From contig PRDH01000003.1 in assembly GCA_003345545.1 (NCBI GenBank), positions 1-64,000 of the forward strand: DNA of 64,000 nucleotides, given 5' to 3'. Shown here one piece after another: positions 48,395 through 56,995 of this stretch. The notes under the pieces were generated by a model that was not told the origin of the DNA, made no database searches, and worked only from the letters and a program-made list of their open reading frames with translations. A program made the position numbers and the translations under genes. The stretch's first letter is position 1, and each line of letters begins with the position of its first letter. The stretch is from Candidatus Thorarchaeota archaeon. Lineage in GTDB: Archaea > Asgardarchaeota > Thorarchaeia > Thorarchaeales > Thorarchaeaceae.

Positions 48395-50068
48395 TTGGAA
48401 AGACCATGGTACAAAAATTACGTTGAAGGTACTCCAAGAGAGATTAAGATTCCCGAAGGACCGCTTTGGAGAGGTCTCGATGATGCAGTCAAGAATTATC
48501 CTGATAACATCGCGCTCTTTTTTGAAGGAGTCAAAATCACATATCGCGAACTAGGAGAGCTTGTAGATAGAGCAGCAAATGGCTTCGCGAAGTTGGGAGT
48601 GAAGAAGGGGGACTCTGTGGCAATCATGCTCATCAACTGTCCCCAGTTCGTGATATCATACTTTGGTGTACTGAAGTGTGGAGCAATAGTCACGCCAGTG
48701 AATCCCTTGGCTGTGCCCAAAGAATTGAGAATCTACCTGCAGGATACAAAGGCCAAGGTCATTGTTGTTCTTAATTTCTTCTACGGAGTCGTTGAGGCTG
48801 TACGTGCAGAGTCAAGCATTGAGAAGGTCATAGTCGCTGCCGGGTGGGACATGATGTCCAAGATCAAACAGATTCTGGCACCCAAGACCGTCTACAAGAA
48901 AGAGATGAAGCATGTTCCTCCGCTTCGCGAAGGGGACATTCTCTGGAATGATTTCATCACGAGTGCAGTCCCGGAACCACCAGAAGTCAAGATAGATCCA
49001 GCTAAGGATATCGCAGTCTATCAGTTTACCGGTGGAACAACGGGAATCCCGAAGGCCGCAATGCTTACCCATAACAATCTGAAGGCAAATTGCGAGCAGT
49101 GCGGAGCATGGATGGAGTGGATGGCTGAGCGTGGAAAAGAATCGTTTATTGCTGCACTTCCGCTTCAACATATTTTCGGACAGACAATCTCCATGAACTT
49201 GGCAATTGCCTGGGGGAGCACAATAATCTTGGTGCCAAATGCTAGGGACATTAAGCACCTCCTAGAACTCATACACAAACAACGACCAACATTCTTCCCA
49301 ACAGTATCGACACTAGCCATTGCCATATACAGTCATCCTGATGCCAAGAAATACGATTTGACTTCACTGAAACTCTCTATTGCAGGCGCGATGGCATTAC
49401 CGCCCGAGGTGACACGAAGATTCGAGGAAGTCACAAACTCAATCATCATTGAAGGCTACGGGCTAAGTGAGGCTAGTCCTGTCACACACGCCAATCCGCT
49501 GGATAAGAAAACAAGGAGAATTGGTTCAATTGGTCTGCCATTCCCAAGTACAGACTGCAAGATTGTTGATCTAGATGATCGGTCAAAGGACTTGCCAGTT
49601 GGAGAGGTTGGAGAGCTTGCTGTGAAAGGGCCCCAGATAATGAAAGGGTATCACAACCGTCCCGATGAAACCGCTGATGTCCTTTCAAAGGATGGATGGC
49701 TGTACACAGGAGACATCGCCAAACTCGACAAGGATGGGTGGACATATATCGTTGACCGCAAGAAGGACCTAATCAATGCGAGTGGCTTCAAGGTTTGGCC
49801 TAATGAAGTCGAAGAAGTCCTCTTCGAACATCCGAAGGTACGCGAGGCTGCGGTCATCGGTATTCCTGACGAAACAAGAGGAGAAACCGTCAGGGCATTT
49901 GTCGTACTACAACCCGGCCAGACTGCCACAGTTGATGAAATCAGGGCATTCTGCAAGGAGAAGATGTCCGCATACAAAGTACCCACTCATGTTGAATTTG
50001 TTGAGTTCCTACCCAAAACGCAGGTAGGCAAAATCCTACGAAGAGAGCTTCGCGGAACGAAAGAATAA
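48395..50068 (+). CDS. fadD: Long-chain fatty acid--CoA ligase
   Basis: FTGGTTGIPK, LPL.H, EGYGLSE, GPQIMKGY, TGD, DRKKD and LPKT.VGK motifs. Confidence 0.9.
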   Translation: MERPWYKNYVEGTPREIKIPEGPLWRGLDDAVKNYPDNIALFFEGVKITYRELGELVDRAANGFAKLGVKKGDSVAIMLINCPQFVISYFGVLKCGAIVTPVNPLAVPKELRIYLQDTKAKVIVVLNFFYGVVEAVRAESSIEKVIVAAGWDMMSKIKQILAPKTVYKKEMKHVPPLREGDILWNDFITSAVPEPPEVKIDPAKDIAVYQFTGGTTGIPKAAMLTHNNLKANCEQCGAWMEWMAERGKESFIAALPLQHIFGQTISMNLAIAWGSTIILVPNARDIKHLLELIHKQRPTFFPTVSTLAIAIYSHPDAKKYDLTSLKLSIAGAMALPPEVTRRFEEVTNSIIIEGYGLSEASPVTHANPLDKKTRRIGSIGLPFPSTDCKIVDLDDRSKDLPVGEVGELAVKGPQIMKGYHNRPDETADVLSKDGWLYTGDIAKLDKDGWTYIVDRKKDLINASGFKVWPNEVEEVLFEHPKVREAAVIGIPDETRGETVRAFVVLQPGQTATVDEIRAFCKEKMSAYKVPTHVEFVEFLPKTQVGKILRRELRGTKE

Positions 50069-50076
50069 ACAAATTG

Positions 50077-50122
50077 TGAGCCGGAAGGCATCCAGAGCTC
50101 TTCCGGTCTCATTCTCTCTTCT
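50077..50122 (+). terminator. Hairpin plus pyrimidine tract after fadD
   Basis: TGAGCCGGAAG...CTTCCGGTCTCA followed by TTCTCTCTTCT, between convergent genes. Confidence 0.55.
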
Positions 50123-50683
50123 TCACTCACTCGATTGAAAAGAATCTGTTTCAAAATCCTCTATGAGGGCTTGAACTTCGGGCCTTCCCAGCAATTTCCG
50201 CCGGGTTTCAGACATGTTATTGATAACACATGCGATGCCAACGACTGATGCACCCACACTTTCTACGAATTTCTTGACCGCCAGTACGGTGGTACCTTGT
50301 CGTAACCAGTCATCCACAATGACTACCCGATCACCAGGGTCTATAGATTCCGAAACGATTGTCAGTTTTCTATCAGCATATCGACTGAAAGGAAACACCT
50401 CTACTTGTCGATCATAGTCATCAGGAATGTAGAATATTGAACGTGCAGGAACGATTCCGCAGCCCATGTAGTAGGCGATAGCACTGCCCAAAGCGATACC
50501 ACGTTGTTCAATGCCAATTACCTTGTTTGGCTTTACCTCTAGTAGCGGTTTTGCAAGTTCTACAACTGCTTGGTGGAACACATCGGGATGCTCAAGCAGC
50601 CTGCTGATATCGCAAACTGCCTTTCCAGGGGTTGGCCAGTCCTTGATCACCTCAACGTAGTTTCTAAAATCCATGTCAGCCAT
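50123..50683 (-). CDS. Adenine phosphoribosyltransferase-like type I PRTase, atypical
   Basis: DWPTPG...DIS.LL, GIEQRG and VVIVDDWLRQGTT motifs. Confidence 0.7.
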   Translation of the reverse strand: MADMDFRNYVEVIKDWPTPGKAVCDISRLLEHPDVFHQAVVELAKPLLEVKPNKVIGIEQRGIALGSAIAYYMGCGIVPARSIFYIPDDYDRQVEVFPFSRYADRKLTIVSESIDPGDRVVIVDDWLRQGTTVLAVKKFVESVGASVVGIACVINNMSETRRKLLGRPEVQALIEDFETDSFQSSE

Positions 50684-50816
50684 CGCTCCGTTGTCAGAGC
50701 CATCTCCAAGCAAGACTTAATCCTTTCGTTACTGATGTGAATCGCAGCTTTTCCGATACCAGACGCGAAACAGTTAATTTGCGAAATCTATTATTCTAGA
50801 TTGGGAGTCTGGTCAT

Positions 50817-52160
50817 TTGATAGTACCCGGAACAACTATCTCACTTACGCTGATGCCCACGTATATCGAGGTAAGAGACAAAGGCGTTATCAAAAAGAAA
50901 ATACCACTGAAAGCTAGGTCCTTTGAAGATATTTCACTGGAGCTCCAGAAGTACTTCAGATATCTGAGCAAACGACTTGCGCCTGGAGTACTGGATGAAA
51001 CACTAGTCAGAATCGGTCTCCCCAGAGCTCGAAGGATTCTCCATGAGCCTGAACCTGAGCCTGAATCAACCATCGAAGAACCTGTCATTGAAGCTGCCAA
51101 AGCACCAAGCGCACCACAGAGATTCGAGGAACCTCCAGCAGAAACAAAGGAACATCCCAAAAAGAAAGGCAGGAAGAAGGGCACGAAGGAAAAGGCTGCA
51201 GTTCCTCCTACGCAGAGCCAGGGTACTAGTGCCGATGAGAAGGGAGTGATTCTGTCAAAGGACTTCGATGATATAGCAGATGCTCTTGAGGCAGTCGAAG
51301 CACTGAGTGACTCGTTTATGGCTGGGGCCAAGGAGCCCCATAGGAATGAAAAACAGGCACAAATCAGTATCAATGTTGAGGGACAGGAGGAAATCGTCGC
51401 CTCTGGAAGCACGTATGTCCGAGCACCTGAAAACGTAAGAGGACCGGAAAAAGAGACTGTCACAACAGAAGAACCGGAGTTTGTTGAGATTGTTGCTGAA
51501 ACCATTGGTGAAGAGATACTCCCAAAGGCAGCAGAAGAAATATCGCTCCCTGTCACGCCTGCTCATCAGATAAAGCCGATTACAGAATGCAAAGCCCTAC
51601 TTCTGGGAGAAACAGGAGTTGGCAAACGATGCCTGAGTGCCAAGGCTGGGATTATGTCGCTTGTTATTAACGAAGAAACGAATGAGGTATCCCCATATAT
51701 CTATAACAGAGTCTTCGAAGGCGCGAACCACAGAATCAGTCTGAATACTTGGTCATTTGACCTGGCAGTGAAATCCAAACTGCCGAGGAAGGAGTTCTAT
51801 TCTAATGCCCAAGTGATAATCGTCGTCTACGCCGCGTCCGATCGATGGTCCTTCGAAAGCATAGATTTCTGGCTAAGAGAAGCGTCAATTTCATGTGAAA
51901 ACAACTTGCCAATTGTAATTGTTGGAAACAAAATTGACCTGCGTACAGAAGGCGGAGATGATTCAGGCGAGGAGCACGTGAGCCACGAAGAAGGATTTCA
52001 ATTCGCTGAAGAATTAGCAAAGAGGTTTTCTACGAGGCAGGGGCTCCATCCCGTGGCCTTCATTGAAACATCATGCTTGACAGGGGAGAATATAGAGAGC
52101 GTATTCAAGACTGCTGCAGGCCTCTTCGAGAACAGCCTACAAAAGCTGACCGCGCAGTAA
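50817..52160 (+). CDS. Rab/Ras-like small GTPase domain with long N-terminal extension and degenerate G1/G3
   Basis: K.LLLGETGVGKRC, F..A...IVVY, SF..I..WL.E, VGNKID and FIETSC.TGEN..VF; Glu/Pro-rich linker. Confidence 0.8.
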   Translation: MIVPGTTISLTLMPTYIEVRDKGVIKKKIPLKARSFEDISLELQKYFRYLSKRLAPGVLDETLVRIGLPRARRILHEPEPEPESTIEEPVIEAAKAPSAPQRFEEPPAETKEHPKKKGRKKGTKEKAAVPPTQSQGTSADEKGVILSKDFDDIADALEAVEALSDSFMAGAKEPHRNEKQAQISINVEGQEEIVASGSTYVRAPENVRGPEKETVTTEEPEFVEIVAETIGEEILPKAAEEISLPVTPAHQIKPITECKALLLGETGVGKRCLSAKAGIMSLVINEETNEVSPYIYNRVFEGANHRISLNTWSFDLAVKSKLPRKEFYSNAQVIIVVYAASDRWSFESIDFWLREASISCENNLPIVIVGNKIDLRTEGGDDSGEEHVSHEEGFQFAEELAKRFSTRQGLHPVAFIETSCLTGENIESVFKTAAGLFENSLQKLTAQ

Positions 52161-52253
52161 GGCTTCAAAAGCGCCACTGACTCAGAGAATTCATATAGTC
52201 GTCAGGCATGACTATCAACGAACTAGACTCACTCCGAGATATCTAGCGCAGAG

Positions 52254-52572
52254 ATGGTGACGGAATTCGACAGAATTTTGTGAGAGCTGTGGCAAGGAAA
52301 TGGATCCAATTGGGTCAGCCATCAGTCTAGAGGACAATTTCATCAACGATACTCGGCAAAGTCTTCACATTTGCACAGAATGCTTCAAGAAGCGTTTCAA
52401 GATAGTCACTAAAAAGAGCAGCGGTTATGGTGGTACCATCTATGAACTTGAAGAGCGCTCAACTCCAAGATTCGGATTGGGAAGTCAATCATTCAGTTGC
52501 CTGAAGTGCAATTGGGTATCCTGGAATGAGGAAGGATTGAGAGCTCATATACGTAGATGTCATCCGCAGTGA
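52254..52572 (+). pseudogene. Zinc-finger protein (CxxC...CxxC plus C2H2-like) with frameshifted 5' end
   Basis: CESC lies in frame upstream of ATG 52300 with no in-frame start. ATG 52254 joins that frame if one copy of a 10-nt duplication (52259-52278) is removed. Confidence 0.55.
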
Positions 52573-53220
52573 CTATCGATTCACTGCAAACTGACTGTTG
52601 TCTCTTATTATCTCATGACCTGATATTTTCAGACCAGGAATTCTTCGTGCAGCGCTCTCTAGCATTCCCATTCTGTATGTGGCAGTTCTTGGGCCCAGAC
52701 CGTGAAGCCAGTCCAGTTGAGCCATATCGAGTTTCTTATTGGCAGAAAAATACACTTTTAGGTCCTCTGCTATTGCGCGGGACCTCTCTAGCATTGCTGC
52801 AGTGAGTCCGATACCAGGTGCAGCAAAACTGAGCAGTACCCAGATGAGGATCAGCGGATCAGCACCGAATTCTGCAGAGAAGAAAGCGAATCCAAAAAAG
52901 GTCGGACAAACCAAAGACAGTATCACAAGGATAAGTGAAATGTGTTGACTGGAGTCATCGCTTCCGAGGCCTGCCATGCCAATGATATCTTGGTCAGGAG
53001 GATAGAGGTAGACAAGAACACTCCCAGATGTCAATCCAACAATGAGTGCGGATATAATAATTTGAAGCATGTATCCAAGGGTGCGGGTCTGCCATATAAG
53101 TGGGAAACTGAGAAGAGATTGTACAATCAGAGTGCCAGCAATGATCGCAGCACCAACAGCGAAACCCTGCCAGCTGAAGAATTCGTGTTTGTGGGCCATT
53201 ATCTCATCAGACAAAACCAA
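52573..53220 (-). CDS. Four-TM membrane protein of unknown function
   Basis: Four hydrophobic segments and a soluble C-terminal tail. Confidence 0.65.
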   Translation of the reverse strand: MVLSDEIMAHKHEFFSWQGFAVGAAIIAGTLIVQSLLSFPLIWQTRTLGYMLQIIISALIVGLTSGSVLVYLYPPDQDIIGMAGLGSDDSSQHISLILVILSLVCPTFFGFAFFSAEFGADPLILIWVLLSFAAPGIGLTAAMLERSRAIAEDLKVYFSANKKLDMAQLDWLHGLGPRTATYRMGMLESAARRIPGLKISGHEIIRDNSQFAVNR

Positions 53221-53505
53221 GCAGACCTCTTACTATTCTATGGCTATGTAAGTCACTAATGGTGATAAAGTTAACTCATCAATCAAGCCGCTGTCACACC
53301 AAATAGCTCACTCTCATTCTAATGCCCACCTGCATTGTGGAGTTGAAACAATTACACAGATTCGATACGATTCCTACTGCATCGGTTTCGGATACCAGTT
53401 GATGCAAGCGGAATAGTACAATTCTTGATACTTGGAAGCAGTCATTTATTAGCAACCGCGATACATGTTCCATTGTCGCAGTATGTTTCGTTCGAGCGGG
53501 TTGAG

Positions 53506-54207
53506 ATGAATAGCGATACCATTGTTGATGTACAAGACGTTTCCCGAGTCTATAGGATGGGGGAAATTGAAGTTCATGCACTGCGAGGAGTCTCGCTGCA
53601 GATTCAGCGAGGTCAAGCAATTGGCATCATGGGGCCAAGTGGCAGCGGCAAGACCACCCTTCTGAATCTTATCGGTGCCCTTGATAGGCCGACAAGGGGT
53701 AGGGTTGTCATAGATGATGTCGATATTACAGAGATGTCTGACGACGCGCTTACTACTGTTAGGCGAAATAAAATCAGTTATGTCTTCCAATTCTTCAATC
53801 TGCTGCCTGTATTGACAGCCTATGAGAATGTGGAACTGCCACTGCTCATTGCAGGAGTGGTTGAAGACGCACGGAAAGAGCAAGTGGACCATTTGCTGTC
53901 CCTGGTCGGTCTCACTGAGAGGGCTGAACACCGACCAGACGAGTTGTCAGGCGGCGAACAACAGAGAGTCGCTATTGCTCGAGCTCTCGCCAAGCCAAAG
54001 GGTTCTGCTAGTTCCATCGTGGTCCTAGCAGACGAGCCGACTGGAGACCTAGACTACAACACTGGTAAAGAGATTCTGGATATTCTTGTATCGCTAACAA
54101 AGGGAGAGGGTGGAACGCTAATCACTGTGACGCATGATCCAGAAGTAGGCGAAAAGATGGACTATGTATACAGAATGCGCGACGGCCAGATTGAGAATCC
54201 TAAATGA
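53506..54207 (+). CDS. LolD/MacB-type ABC ATP-binding protein
   Basis: GPSGSGKTT, FQFFNL, LSGGEQQRVAIARAL, LADEPTG, VTHD. Start probably ATG 53506. Confidence 0.92.
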   Translation: MNSDTIVDVQDVSRVYRMGEIEVHALRGVSLQIQRGQAIGIMGPSGSGKTTLLNLIGALDRPTRGRVVIDDVDITEMSDDALTTVRRNKISYVFQFFNLLPVLTAYENVELPLLIAGVVEDARKEQVDHLLSLVGLTERAEHRPDELSGGEQQRVAIARALAKPKGSASSIVVLADEPTGDLDYNTGKEILDILVSLTKGEGGTLITVTHDPEVGEKMDYVYRMRDGQIENPK

Positions 54208-54217
54208 GGTGTGATTC

Positions 54218-56995
54218 ATGACTTCAGTGCCTGTGGGCTATGAGGCGTTTCATAGCCTCAGAAGAAGGGCTGTCACTCTTCTCTGCTTTCTACTCGCGTC
54301 GACAATGACAATGGGCATTACAGTGTATGTAGATTCCTATTCGGTCCATGAGTGGGACAAGAATATTGATGTGGGCGATGTGGCGATCAGAGTTTCAGGT
54401 TATGACATAGTGGATTATGTCAGTGAGATAAGGGGACTGTCAGGAGTGACCAAGGCAGAGGCACTCCCCAGTGCATACGGACAACTGAGAAGAGCGGCGA
54501 ATCTCACGGCAGGCACTCAGGAGTTGTTTACCGATGGGCAGCTACTTGCCCCAAACCAGCAATTCACTGATACATTTCCAAACTACATCGAGCTTGTGCG
54601 TGGGAGAATGCCAGAGAATTCCACTGAGGTCGCAGTAATCAACTCATTAAACACTTACTACAATGTCAATCTTGGCGACAATCTGATCCTTGGCACAGAA
54701 AACACTGAGATGAACGTGACAGTCGTTGGATTCTATCGACATGGAGGTCAAGGAGAGTCACCATACTATTGGATGTATGAGAGTATTGCGATAGTCATGG
54801 ACGGTGTACTAGCATATTCTTATCCCTATACAGATATTCTGGTCGATGTAGATCGCGCTCCACTCACGCCTTTCAATCCTGCAGGTTCTCTTGGCTATAT
54901 GAACGGGATTGACGAAGCGATTAGGAGCCTTGATCCAAATTATAACCCTGCTTATGACCCCTATTCAGCCCTCAGTGTTGAGGACCGCCTCGCTTCTGGC
55001 ATCACGGCCTATATTCTCTGGGTTCAAGCAACGCGAATAAGTGAGATGCTAAGGGCATCAAGTATCATACTTCTTGTGATTCTTGTCACTTTCCTTGCAA
55101 TACGGCACAACGTCAATGAACGTCGATTTGAGGAAAGCATCCTCATATCAAGAGGTGCTGCAAAGGGAGATCTGGAGAAAATAGTCACCCGAGAGGTACT
55201 TGAACTGGCAATCGTATCATCTCTTCTCGGAATACCATTGGGGCTGCTCTTCAGCAGAGTAGCGATTGGGGCGACTGGCTTCTTCTCTTTCGATTTCAGC
55301 CTCTTCATCAGTGAGCCCATATTGGTCAGCCTTGAATCATTGATAATTGCAGTTATTGTCGGGCTTGTCCTTCCAATGCTCACCCTAGCAGGCTATCGTA
55401 TGGTCTATTCGACAAAGAGGAAAGCTGACGAAGAACGCGGAAAGATAGCCAAGCTAGCAAGAGGACTCAGCCTCATTCGCTGGGATGTGTTCATTACGGT
55501 CATCGCTGGTCTCCTATTGCTCGCGCTCTCGACGGGTGGGCCTTCGGCCGCAAGCAATCCTATCTTGTCGATGCTCATGTCGCTCGTTCCACTTCCTCTC
55601 TTCCTCGGAGTAGCAAGCCTCTCCATGAAGGCTTTTCGAAGAGGTGCCAATTGGATATCAAAAAGGATGAGGAGGATAGTTGGCGAGATACCATCATCTA
55701 TTGGAATTCGACGTGTCGGCAAGGAGGCTTCGTCAGCAGGAGCGGCTGCAATGGTACTAGTGTTGGCCATATGTCTGAGCTGGAACAGCGCGATCATTGA
55801 CGCATCGCTGCCTGTCACGGCTCAGAACCAGGCAAGACTTGCAGTCGGCTCTGATCTCAGTTTCAGATTGGATGAGATGAGCTATGACGTCTGGGACGAG
55901 TTCTTGACCAATGTCACAAGTCACGAACTAATCGTTGCAGGAACATTCGCCTCTACAAAACAACTCTATCTCTCAACAGATTACAGCGGCAGGACTTCGT
56001 TCCTAGCAATTGACCCTGAAGACTATTTGGGCATTGGGTACGATTATCTAGGGAACCAGCTCAACGAGTCAGAGATTGCGAGTCTAATCAATCAAATCCA
56101 GACCACTCGTGACGGAGCTATTATCACTTCAGATATTGCAGCTGCCTACAACCTCGCAGTTGGAGATGTTCTTCGTGCTTCCACGATGGAGGACGATGCT
56201 TTTCCCGTTTCTTTCAGAATACTAGGAATCACTGAGGCACTCCCCGAGATGCCTGAACAGCACGACTGGTTGTACTATGATATCCCGTACTACTATTACT
56301 GGGGGGAGCAAGTAGGCAAGTGGAGAGTCATTGTGAATCGTGAGTATTTCGGAACTCTATTCAATTTGGTCAATGAAACAAGTAACTTCCTATGTGTCAA
56401 GACCGTCGACGATGCTAATGCAACGAAAATTGTCGAGGACATTGTTCAGGAAGGTGGATTCATTGCAGTATATAATGAGGAGTGGGACAGCGTCTATAGC
56501 CGTGTACACAACATTATAGATGACGTTTCATATAAAATGGAAAGGGCGATCGACACCATGCTCACTGTACTCACAGTGGGTTCAATCGTGGGTGCATTCT
56601 CGATATATGCTGTCGAGGGGCTTCGGGACCGGAGAAGAGAGATAGCTCTTCTCAGGTCAGTCGGCGCAACAAAGAATACCATCATCATGGCTCAGGCAGC
56701 AGAGATGCTTGTGCTCGTAGTGTTCAGTCTCTTCCTTCTACTTGTCTACTCGCCTTTGTTTTTGAGTTCATCAGTGGCCTCAGCAGGAGGCTCTGCGTCC
56801 ATCTCGTATGAAGTATACCCAATCTCTGTCTTTCCCGTGATTCCATGGAACATCGTAATAGCAGTTCTCGGTTTCTTCATTCTGACCGTCACGGTATTCA
56901 TTGCAGTCACTGCAGCTCTCAGCTCAAAGATTAATCTAGCTGAGGCCCTCAACACCTCATGGGCGGAGGCAGGACCCTATGGAGGAGAAGTCTAG
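54218..56995 (+). CDS. FtsX/MacB-type ABC permease with two extracytoplasmic domains (type A1)
   Basis: GRMP....E, ERR.E..L.SRGA, G.D and RRREIALLRSVGA motifs. Confidence 0.85.
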   Translation: MTSVPVGYEAFHSLRRRAVTLLCFLLASTMTMGITVYVDSYSVHEWDKNIDVGDVAIRVSGYDIVDYVSEIRGLSGVTKAEALPSAYGQLRRAANLTAGTQELFTDGQLLAPNQQFTDTFPNYIELVRGRMPENSTEVAVINSLNTYYNVNLGDNLILGTENTEMNVTVVGFYRHGGQGESPYYWMYESIAIVMDGVLAYSYPYTDILVDVDRAPLTPFNPAGSLGYMNGIDEAIRSLDPNYNPAYDPYSALSVEDRLASGITAYILWVQATRISEMLRASSIILLVILVTFLAIRHNVNERRFEESILISRGAAKGDLEKIVTREVLELAIVSSLLGIPLGLLFSRVAIGATGFFSFDFSLFISEPILVSLESLIIAVIVGLVLPMLTLAGYRMVYSTKRKADEERGKIAKLARGLSLIRWDVFITVIAGLLLLALSTGGPSAASNPILSMLMSLVPLPLFLGVASLSMKAFRRGANWISKRMRRIVGEIPSSIGIRRVGKEASSAGAAAMVLVLAICLSWNSAIIDASLPVTAQNQARLAVGSDLSFRLDEMSYDVWDEFLTNVTSHELIVAGTFASTKQLYLSTDYSGRTSFLAIDPEDYLGIGYDYLGNQLNESEIASLINQIQTTRDGAIITSDIAAAYNLAVGDVLRASTMEDDAFPVSFRILGITEALPEMPEQHDWLYYDIPYYYYWGEQVGKWRVIVNREYFGTLFNLVNETSNFLCVKTVDDANATKIVEDIVQEGGFIAVYNEEWDSVYSRVHNIIDDVSYKMERAIDTMLTVLTVGSIVGAFSIYAVEGLRDRRREIALLRSVGATKNTIIMAQAAEMLVLVVFSLFLLLVYSPLFLSSSVASAGGSASISYEVYPISVFPVIPWNIVIAVLGFFILTVTVFIAVTAALSSKINLAEALNTSWAEAGPYGGEV

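Noticed and set aside
50813-51556. 247-aa antisense ORF
   Set aside because: Ser-rich mirror of the Glu/Pro-rich linker of the GTPase gene.
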